Assembly (NCBI GenBank): GCA_017499595.2
Contig: CM038998.1
Coordinates: 1,116,001-1,180,000, forward strand
Length of the DNA: 64,000 nt
Source of the DNA: Psilocybe cubensis
Taxonomy: Eukaryota
Direction of reading: 5' to 3'
This document shows positions 40,904 to 50,929 of this stretch, piece after piece; position 1 is the first letter of the stretch; the number at the start of each line of letters is the position of its first letter. The notes beneath the pieces were generated by a model. The model saw only the letters and a list, made by a program, of their open reading frames with translations. It was not told where the DNA came from and made no database searches. The position numbers were made by a program, and so were the translations under genes.

Positions 40904-41969
40904 ATCCAGGGAGAGACGATGCTGTTATGTTGAATACTAGCGGGGACAAAGGCAGAGTCGATAGATATGGAATGGAGTATTCGCGTTTAGTGTAGTACAA
41001 AGTAGAGTTAGATAGTTAGTCAAATGGTCACGCTGGCGCACGATTTGGGTAATGAGGCACACACGGAATTGTCCAGTGCCTCTGAATGGCCTACAATGAG
41101 CCTGCCCAAAGTCTGCCCTCACAGAGTCGGTTAAAAACGAAAATATGTCGTTTGATTATGAAGATATCGAAGATACCGTTTACATGCACGGGAAAAGGAC
41201 AGTGACTTCGGGTTTCGAGTTAAACGAACAAAATTATGCAGTAACACGGCGCCTTCAGTCCATTCACAATTTGCAAGGTCGGCTAACGGTCGACCATTTG
41301 GGAAATACGATGTGGTGCGTGAATGGCCAATCTTTTTAAGAGACTTTGGTGAGTATGTCTGCTGACTATTGCCTTGATTGGTTATTTAAGCACAACGAGG
41401 TTCCCAAGAAGCTTTTCGAATCAAATCAATGAGATGCCCATGAGTAGGCTGCAGAGTCGGAGTCGTAGCTTGTCAACGGTCAGTTAAGGCGAGAGGACGA
41501 AAAGGTGAGAGTATGAGGACCATTGCGTATAGTCAAAAGTCACACGGTAGGTGTCCAACAACATGGTGGGCGTAACGTGCCTAGCAGCATGATCACTTCA
41601 CTGGTAAACTTCAAATTTTACTTGGACAGTGTATCATTGACTCATTATTCATTGAGATGATTTGAGGTACATAGAGAGAGCATATATATACAATAGGTAT
41701 ATGGGCCGCACTGCTGAGCATTGATGAAGCTTAAAGTTGCGAGAAATCAAGCGACTAAAGCTGTTACTTATCGTGGCATAACGGTGAAGGATGAGATAGA
41801 AATAGAACCTCGAATGAAAAAATCATGGAGGTAGACAAAGTTACGAACTATTTGCTGTTACCTGTACATTGATAAGTGTCGAACCCTTGCAGGGTGTTTT
41901 GTTGCGTGGTATTTCGTTGTCGTTGGCATCGCTTGCACTCGACATGTACTGAGACTTGGATTGGCGCAT

Positions 41970-43053
41970 TTATCGAGAGTATTGCTGGGAGTTAAGTAAT
42001 TCTGGCCTATATTTGTTGGTACCTCCAATTTTCCATTCAGCTTCTGTGGTGGTGTCACAAACATTTCTACAGAGCTGGAGCGCCCAGTCGTCCTTCAAAC
42101 AAAGGGACAAAGCACATCTGGATTGAAGATATCGGAATCGTTTATTTTGCTTAATGATGCTGTCCAACTTGTCCCACACTTCGGACTCTGTGGCTTTCGG
42201 GGAGCCCTCTAAAACTTGCTGATGCCACTTAAGAAATGCCTCCTTGTCCCGCTCGTGTAATTGGTATCGGCTGCTGATAATTTGTTGGAACTCCTCTAGA
42301 ATGGTTTCTAGAGGACGTGAGGCGAAAATTTGTTTCCGAACGGTGAGCGGGTTCAAAAGCTTATCATATTTAGTTTCGGGGCATGAGATTCCAGCTTCAG
42401 TATATTGTCTATTGTCGTAGACATTCTTCATGATTGACTTGATTTCAGAAATAGGCTGACCGTGTTCAGCATGCCTCATTGCTACCCAGAATAAAACATG
42501 CCAGAATGATTCCAGATCATCTTCTTTCGTAGGTATTGGCATTGGTTCATCGACTTTGCGCGGTGCCACAAGACGGTAAGAAATGAACTGCCAGGTTCCC
42601 TAATATAATAGGATGAGCAATTGTGCAACCACTATTGATAAGGTCTCTTACTGTGTGCTCCGCTATAGTAGATTCATTCCGTCCAAGAGTCGACTCGGAC
42701 AAATCCCAATCAACCAGGATTCCACCGCCGTTCTTCTCAATCACAATGCTTCCGACGCTGATATCTCGGTGGAGAATACGAGCCAACTCGAAAACTTCAT
42801 GGTGGGCTGCAGTCCGAGTAGCAGATATTTGATTGGTCATTTCTGGGGATGATTACTAAGTAAACGAATTACCTTGGATCGCATCTGTAAATGCGGTTAA
42901 AAGTTCCTTGACGTTCGAGAACTGCGTTAAAGGTTTGAAATTTTTGTCAAAAGTCAACTTGAAGGTCTGGTATTTGAGGAACTTGTATGCTCGATCACCC
43001 CGTCTAGTTTCTGATTTTGTTGGCAAGAAGATTTTGGTTGTTTGAAGGCACAT
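41970..43053 (-). CDS. Fungal FunK1 kinase, N-lobe-truncated copy B (3 exons; stop earlier than in copy A)
   Basis: [75 protein letters not shown]. Confidence 0.75.
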
Positions 43054-43844
43054 ATCAAAGTAACAGTTGTAGTATGGTGTATACCGTCGGCGACCAAGGT
43101 AAAGCCTTCCTGAGTAGGAAGAACGTGGAGTGTTCGTGTTTGATGTAGCACAAATTCGCAAAGCAGACAGATAGATTTAGGAGCAACCCAATCAAAAAGT
43201 TCAACCCAGGTCACGCCGACGCATGATTCAAGTTTCGAACAATGAGTGGCATGGGCACGCTGCACGGCGGGAGATGGTCAGTAGATTAGATATTAGATAT
43301 TAGATATGTAAAGTACCTGAGAAAGACAATAAGAGTACACAAATTCTGTACAATTGAAAAAAGGACTGAAACATCTTGTCCACAGAGATCAATACTGAGC
43401 TGAAACCAAAAGTGCATCGGCGGAATATCGAGGAGCTGGAAAAGAGTTGAAAGGCATTATGGATTGCCGTCAATAAGTGGGCAACACTGAGAGCTCGAGA
43501 TAGGAGTTCAAACAAAATTTGAAAAGACTGCGAACAAATTTTGAGTGAACCATGGGCCTAATTGTTGGTGGCTTTTCAAGCCGCTTTTGTTGGCCTTCAC
43601 TGCTTGAAGTACTGTGTTCCCATAAAACCCGAGTGCTAGTAGAACTCCGACTCGTCGATGAAAACCCGTGATAAAGACAAAGTCCATACATTAGCCTGTT
43701 AAGGCCCGAGAAAGCAAATGCGAAGAAGCTGAATTTGTCCCGCCAATGGACTCCTATGGAGTGGGTCCAAAGAAACAAAATGCAAACAAAATAAGTTCTC
43801 ACGGCAGCATCCGACAACTTCAAGCTTCATGCCTTAATCTTTAA

Positions 43845-44290
43845 ATGCCAGCACCTGGCATGCTCTAGTGGGGAGCTTGCTTTATTCGAATACTGGATTT
43901 GAATTTTGTATTTGCTAGAATACAACATTCAATCGTTATATATATTCACTAAGATCAATGCCATATGTATCTAAAGTAAATCCAAGTTCATTCCGAATCC
44001 TACGTATAGTATCTTCCTGTAACATTTTCATAGAAGGAGTCTCTTCAGACCGCTGTAATCTTGAAAGTGGAAAGTGATCTTTAAAAACCAAGCCTTTTAA
44101 AGACTTGACCCGTGAAATTGCAACATATGAAAGACCCGATGAGAATTCCTTTAATCCTAGTTGAATAGTAGCATGTGTCAGCGTTAAACCCTGACTTTTG
44201 TGAATTGTAATTGCCCAAGCTAAGGCCAAAGGTAATTGTGTTCGAGATAGGGTTTTATCAGCACGGTTTTCCCACCGAGCAGTAACACAT
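43845..44290 (-). mobile_element. PIF1-type helicase C-terminal fragment, probable Helitron-like transposon remnant
   Basis: [23 protein letters not shown]...[16 protein letters not shown] (PIF1 motifs V/VI), intronless, AT-rich; 7-bp-stem hairpin at 43845-43861 downstream of the stop. Confidence 0.75.
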
Positions 44291-44291
44291 C

Positions 44292-45940
44292 CTATACAGG
44301 GTTACCAAATTTGCCTCCCTCTTCGTTGATACTCGAAAGCGCTGGTGTCTTGCGCGCCCTTTTGTTACGTGGCTTTCCGTCACGTTCATCATCGTTCTCG
44401 CTCGACATAGCAGAATACTGAGATTCCGATCTGCGTTTTTGCATCGAGCTTTTTTGATAAGTCAATAACTCAAGCCGACGCTGGTTGGAGCCCCCGTGAT
44501 TCCGTTGACTGACATCGGTAGTTGAAAACACGTCCTCCAAAAGTTTTGCTGCCCAGTTGGGTTGAAGCGAAAGCAAGAATTCGTTCGGATCAATTAAAGC
44601 AATCCTGTCATTGAGATCCTTCGTTTTCATGTTGTGAGAGTAAATCTTTGACAACAAATGTAAGCCAATTTGTTCGTCTGTTGCAGCTTCATTGTTCTGT
44701 TTTAAGAAGGCATCTCTCCATGACACAAGTAGCTGCTTTGAAGCTTCAGTGATAATATATCTTTTGTTGATCACAGCGAGATAATTCTCAAGAGTGGTGG
44801 CAAGAGGGGAAGAGGTGAATTGGAATTCACTGGTGATGTACTGGCTCTGGCGTAAGATATACTTCTTTGTAACACTTGGTGTGTATTTAGAATCTGCAAG
44901 AATGCGTCTCCTATCGTACACGTCGAATAGAATATGTTTGATGTGTTCCGTTTCTTTGTCATGTTCGGCACGTCTAAGAGCTGTCCAGAACAAGACGTGC
45001 CAGAAGGATTCCAGATCATCGTCCTTATTGTGTAATGGCTTCGGAAGAGTGTCGTTGGGCCCACTTTCAGCAACAAGGCGATAGGCAATGAATTGCCAAG
45101 TTCCCTGATGACAAGAAAATTAGATATCTACTCGTAAATATAACAAAGAACAATTCCGTACCGTACGCTCAGGCAGGCTAGGCCCCTCACTTTGCTCAAT
45201 GGGCAACTTGGTAGACTTCGACAAATCCCAATCCACCAGGAGACCATGCCCATCGTCATCAATCATGACGTTCCCTGCACTGACGTCACGATGAAGTATA
45301 TGGCCCAGCTCGCACGCCTCATGGTAAGCTGGATGGGAACGACAGAGTCAATTCGATCTCCTTCCGCGATGTAAGATGAGATATAATTACCTTGGATCGT
45401 GTCAGAAAACACAGTGAGAAGCTCTTTCATATCCTTGAATTCTTCGAGAGGTTTTGCATATTCATTGAGGACTAATCGATAATGCCTAAAACTCCGGAAC
45501 TTATCAGGACGATCTCCACGCTTGGTATCTTTTTTGACATCTAGGCAGGTTTTCGTCTCCTGAAGGTCCATGTCATCGTATGTAAGCACTGTTGGTATAT
45601 GGTGGACTCCAGCGGCAGCTAAAGTAGCATATGTTTCATGCTCGGGTTTCAGAGAACGCGAAAGAATCCGCCAGCTGTCTTTCATGAACACATATTTTTT
45701 AGTTTGCATGTCATAGGCTTTGAATGTGCGTGTTGAGCGTCCAGTCGGCGAGGCAGTTGCCATAAACTGTGGCGCCGCAATAATAAAAGACATTGCCTTG
45801 ATGGTGATTCTATAGAATGGTCCCTCCGCGTTGATGTCGAGCGCACTTTTAACAGCAGCTGGGAGGGCAGGGTCTGCAGGAACTAAACGAGTGGCATTGG
45901 GATCAACGCCCCTGGCTTCCGGAGTTATATCCCAGTCCAT
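44292..45940 (-). CDS. Fungal FunK1 kinase copy C (N-lobe present, catalytic motifs intact, 5' end rearranged)
   Basis: [74 protein letters not shown]. Confidence 0.8.
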
Positions 45941-46220
45941 CAGAAGCCCGCGACCATTTTCACCAATCAGAATATTTCCAGGACTAGCATCGCCATGAAG
46001 AATGTGAGTTTTCTCGAAGGCTTCACGTTGAAGGTGATAGCAATATCAATTGTAGAATTGTATAGTACCGAGTATGATGTAGTTTACCTTCGATAGCATC
46101 TGTAAATGCACCTAGAAGCTTCTTGACATTGTAGAACTCCTCCAATGGCTTTGAAGATGGCATAAGGGCCAAATTATGAATTCGGATTTTCGAAATCTGT
46201 ATGGACGGTCACCCCGTTCT
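45925..46220 (-). pseudogene. FunK1 kinase fragment D fused to the 5' end of copy C
   Basis: ERGDRPYRFRK(frameshift)..KPLEEFYNVKKLLGAFTDAIE|..[32 protein letters not shown]. Confidence 0.7.
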
Positions 46221-47387
46221 TGGCGATGGAGTCATGAAAGAAGATGATCCTGGCCAGCTGAAATTGAATATTGTCTTTAATAGAGTGCAGTTCCACCCAG
46301 TTACTGTGAAAGGATAACGCGGTTCAAGCAGAACAAGAGCTGGCCATCGCCAAAAGCAAATTCAACCAGGTCACGGTATCAGTATCGACATGACTGTGAT
46401 TGGCAAAAGGGGCATACTACAGATGAACATGAACCGCAATCGCATTGGATGTAAGTGCCAGTCTTAGGTTCTCTATTCCCCAGTGTCGAGGCCTCACAGA
46501 ATCCGGGATTTTTATGATGTCTATTGAAATATATTGTAACGCGGACTTCAGGTTCCGATAAAATGGCTGTAACTTGGAAGGATAAATTCTTCCTGAGATG
46601 CAGGCTGGAATCGGCAGTGTCGTCTTAGTCACAAATGGTATTGACAGACTTGATGTTGTTCCATTGCGAGTGAAATTTGAGCATAGAGAGAATTGTAGAA
46701 AGTTTGATACATAATATCCTAGACGATGTTGTGGGTGCGAGAGGTCAGGAAAAGGAAGTTAGGATGCGCGACGAGCTTCCAGATAGAATGGATTGACGCG
46801 CCAAACATGGCAAGCGACAAGTGGCTGTGCCTTGAACCTGACTCCGACATTGGCACAAGAACGCTTTCTTTTCTACTGGCAACATCCTCCAGATTGGTTG
46901 GTTCCTTGAACCTTCCTTGATTCAGTTATCCTCCAGGACTACATACTCCCCCTCGCTCTAAGAAAAATTTTCGAGTTGGCGAGCAATGGTCGACTTCTAC
47001 TTTCCCTTTCAACGGAAGACTGCCATTAAGCTTCCAGTCTGCGAGTAAAACTGCTTTCCTGACAAATTGGTCAAGACGAAGGCGAGCGCATTCAAATTCG
47101 AATGATTGCGATCTATTTCGACAAATCAGTTGCATTAACACTCGTTATTCAACCCATGCGAAAATCAAACTTTTGATGGGCCACCGCGTCGACGTCTTTT
47201 TTCACCTCAGGATTCGGAAGGTGTAGAAAAGAATCGGCAAGTGCCGCTGTACCAACACAGTTTAAAGCTATTTTGGTCCGCAGCATAGCCGCCCATCTCT
47301 CACTGTCAACCAGCACGTCTTCCTGTGCTTAGCAACTGCTTAACGCCAGACCCAAGTCAAGTGCCATTCCCGGGCCATACTTCACCT

Positions 47388-49575
47388 ATGGATGGCATTC
47401 TTGACCGCTTCACCATCGCTACCTCGTTTCCAGAGAAAGATACTGGAGAACCCAATGAGCAAACGTACGTTTCCCACCTCAAAGTATGGCAAGGAGCTGG
47501 CCGTGAAGGAGATTCGATGCAATGTCGATACATTGTCCTCTCTGGTTTGTGGTAAATCACGTATTAAACAATCTGTAAATTGAGTTGTTCGAATAGAGCA
47601 CCACGATGGTTCCGCATGTCTGCACAAATCCAAGTTAAATAGCAATGGCACACTCTCTGTTGGCAAAACCTTTCGGTTGTCAGGATTGCGAAAAGTTGTG
47701 GTGTCGAGTGTAAGGCAAGACATTTCACCAATTGGGTATTGGTTCTGAATTGCCCCTCAGCCATACCTCTTTAGCTTAATCTTTAGCAAAACGTACAGAT
47801 GGCGATCGGAAGCTAGAGCCGACCAAACTGAATTCTTGGAAACCTTGATTTCTACCTTTCGAAAGGTCACTAAAGGGCAGATACCGCTGCAGTTGACGGG
47901 TCTCCATGATTGTGAGCTTTATGAAATGAAGACGCTGTTCGATATTGACGTGGATACCCCTACAGATGATGTCCCGTCGCACTCAGCTCCTGATAGCAGC
48001 CAGATCGACGGCAAGAGCCCATCACCTTCCAGGAATTGCAACGAGAGTTCCTACCGCCAGATCTCAGTTTCACAGGATAATTCTATTGCATCTATGCAGA
48101 CCATGTTCGCTATTTCAAGCGCACCGGTCAATCCCGCAAATTCCTCTTCTCTCAAGCAGGATCCACCCATCCATTCTGCTTTGTGCTTTTTCTGCGACTC
48201 TCGGATTGTTGGTGACCGATATGTATGTCTTTTCATCGCCTTAAGCCTGGACACAATCTAAACACAGCCCGTTAAGAAATGTTTGGACTGTCCCGACTTT
48301 GACTGCTGTAGCACCTGCTTCGTGTACGTTCTTCGGACATCCATGTCAATGTTGTCCTTATTTTCTTGGTAGTATTACCCCTCAACAGCACCCTGACCAC
48401 GCTTTTGTACGAATCAAGGCATCAGAAGATCACATTGTAAGCCAATATATTATGTCAACTTCGTATTTACGCATCAGGCTCATTTCTTTCTTAGCGTGCC
48501 CGTCCTTCTGTGAAACAGATGCATAACACTACTTGCAAGGGTATGCTCAAAACTTTGCGTTTTCGCTGATGTGTTCAAGCTCGTTTATATAGGATGCTCT
48601 ATGTCCATATATGGTTGCAGATTCAAGGTGATTAAATTCTTTTCTTGCGAATAGTTTCTTTACACTGATAGTAAAACGAAAAAGTGCATGCACCCCGAGT
48701 GTCCTGATTACAATCTTTGTGAAACCTGCGAAGCACTTCCGATTCCTGTCCATTCTGTTTTGCATCCAATGCTAAAGATCAAGACACCCGGGACGTTGAT
48801 TCCTCTTGTGCGCAGCAGCATGCACGGAAATATGGCCTGTGAATCACCGTCATTTACGTCCCCCACAGATCGGACCACTGTTATCCCAAAACTGGAGCTT
48901 ATCCCTAAGCTAGAATTTGAAAGCACGGTCTTCCAATTGCCAACGGATACCAATCCCTGGTCCAACTCGTTGACGAATAAAAATGTCACGTCCGAGCTTC
49001 CTAAGAGGAGATCTCTGCCTGTGCCCCTGACAGTCACCAATCTGGTCGATCCTCTTCAAACGAGAGTTTCTTTGACAAATGCAAACACTTTTACTGATAT
49101 GACCATTCCCGACAATCCCAACTCTGTATCCACATCCGCGTACAACCCAAAGTCTGCTATACCCATGGAAATGCGGCCATCTTGTGCATCTAATCTTACT
49201 CTAACGAAGCCATCGAAACTACCCGAACCCTTGCAGTTCAATACTAACGATTCATCCATCGCAATTGACCATCCATTCATTACCCAGTCATCTCAGCTTG
49301 GGTGTGAAGAACTATCTCCTTCATTAACCAACGGTAAAGATGGATATTCTCGTTCCACAGCTCATTCGACCTCGTTGGTTGTTTCCCCTGAGGAGGAAGA
49401 CGACATTGATTTGGTCAGTGTGTCTTCGTCCCCCATTGACGATGATGACGAAGGACTGTTTCGGGAATGTCGAATTCATATTTCTCCTGAGCCTGTTCTC
49501 ACTGGGCGTATGCTCCGCGAAAGTGAATCTGCCAAAGATTATGTTCTTGTGGACGATTTTGTATACAAACACTAA
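47388..49575 (+). CDS. Chimeric protein: Sec3-like N-terminal PH (PIP2-binding-type) domain + two NBR1-derived ZZ fingers + acidic tail with AIM/LIR; 8 exons
   Basis: Exons 47388-47544, 47597-47709, 47761-48222 give TYVSHLKVWQ..RYIVLS|E..LHKSKLNSNGTLSVGKTFRLSGLR..|PYLFSLIFSKTYRWRSE..EFLETLISTFRKVT; later exons are colinear with NBR1 ZZ3-ZZ4 with identical intron positions; ends DYVLVDDFVYKH*. Confidence 0.8.
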
Positions 49576-49774
49576 TATGGCATTTCAGGTGACTCGTTCA
49601 TATTTGACTAAAACAAATCACTTCAGAACCTTTTCTATTCCACATATATAAAACATCAAAACACATCGTATTAATCAATATACGCCAGTGTATATATTGA
49701 TTGCCATAAGTTTGCTTGTATCTTTGGACAATGGAACCAAGTTAGCCTCTGATACCAAAAATGTGATGTCAAAA

Positions 49775-50704
49775 CTATAGCATTGTGGGGGTACACAACA
49801 ATGCCGTTACAAAGTCTCTACCAAATAACTCAGTGTGTACCTCTTTATACTTTGGTAAACTCTCTCCGTTGTCAGACATGTTGGCAGGATAAGTATAACC
49901 TACGCCTGCATCTCCCACAAGGACTGGGGCAGTAGTGATTATCAGAGAATCTACGACCGCTTCGGATAAGAAAGAGGCGATAATCTGAGCCCCTCCTTCA
50001 ACCATCAACGTTTGCACCCCATGGTCCTTCAGAGTTTTGAGGGCGTTAGCAATGGATACAATTCCAGTCTTCCTGTCCTCGGACGGTATTACTGCAACTT
50101 CCAAAATCTTTGCCCCCGCAGCTATGAGAGCAATCATTCTGGCTTGCTTATCAATGTCATGGCCCTGAGATGACAATGAGTTTTCTCCACAGAGAATCCA
50201 AGGCCTTCTCCCAATGCCATTTTGAAAATTGCGTAACAATTTGCAAGTGGGTGACAGACGAAGGTGGGTGTCAATAATTATGGGGCGGGGTAGGTGATGT
50301 GGTGTTGATGTTGGCGGTGGTAAATGGCGTACTGTATGCAGTAAATGAGATTCATGCCGACAATAACCGACATGTTTGTTTATGGTGTGGACTGACCGTT
50401 GAGCTGCGGGTCGTCATTTATCGCCGTTCCGATCCCCACAAGAATGGCATCATGCATAGTCCTCATCCTGCTCAAAATAATGGGAAAAGGCTCAGTAGCT
50501 GTATGCGAGCTCCTTATCGTACCAGTGTGTCATAAGCATGCTTTCTTTCCCACTGAGAATAAGTTGACGTCTGCCCGCCCCAGCTATCTTCGCGTCCAAA
50601 GATTGAGCAAATGTTAAAGTAACACGAGGCCGAGTGAGTGGGATTGGAGAAGATTGATAGCGTCCAACAACATTTTTCAGAAACTCTGGGAAGGCCATAT
50701 TCAT
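49775..50704 (-). CDS. RIB7: 2,5-diamino-6-(ribosylamino)-4(3H)-pyrimidinone 5'-phosphate reductase (RibD_C/Rib7)
   Basis: RPRVTLTFAQSLDAKIAG, LILSGKESMLMTH|..MHDAILVGIGTAINDDPQLN, PRPIIID, LMVEGGAQII, ITTAPVLVG. Confidence 0.9.
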
Positions 50705-50929
50705 TCTTTTTACTTCGTGGGCCTGGTAGCTCGACAGTACGAACTTCCGTTGGCCTGAAAACAGGCTTGAGATTCGAGAAACTTTGCCTGTGTGATGCGA
50801 CAAACGCGATCACGTGCAGGATCTAATCAGTGGCCCGTCATGAGCATTGTTGTTTTCCTCCCTCTGTTGTGAAGGACCATGCACGTTGTGGGCCTCCCCA
50901 TTGTTCGCCCTCTACCTATATATCTAAGA

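Noticed and set aside
43282-43308. (TTAGATA)n short tandem repeat
   Set aside because: Only about 3 units; simple microsatellite, not telomeric or CRISPR-like
46400-47200. Short minus-strand ORFs between kinase fragment D and the chimeric gene
   Set aside because: Multiple stops and no motif I can recognise; cannot support a gene call
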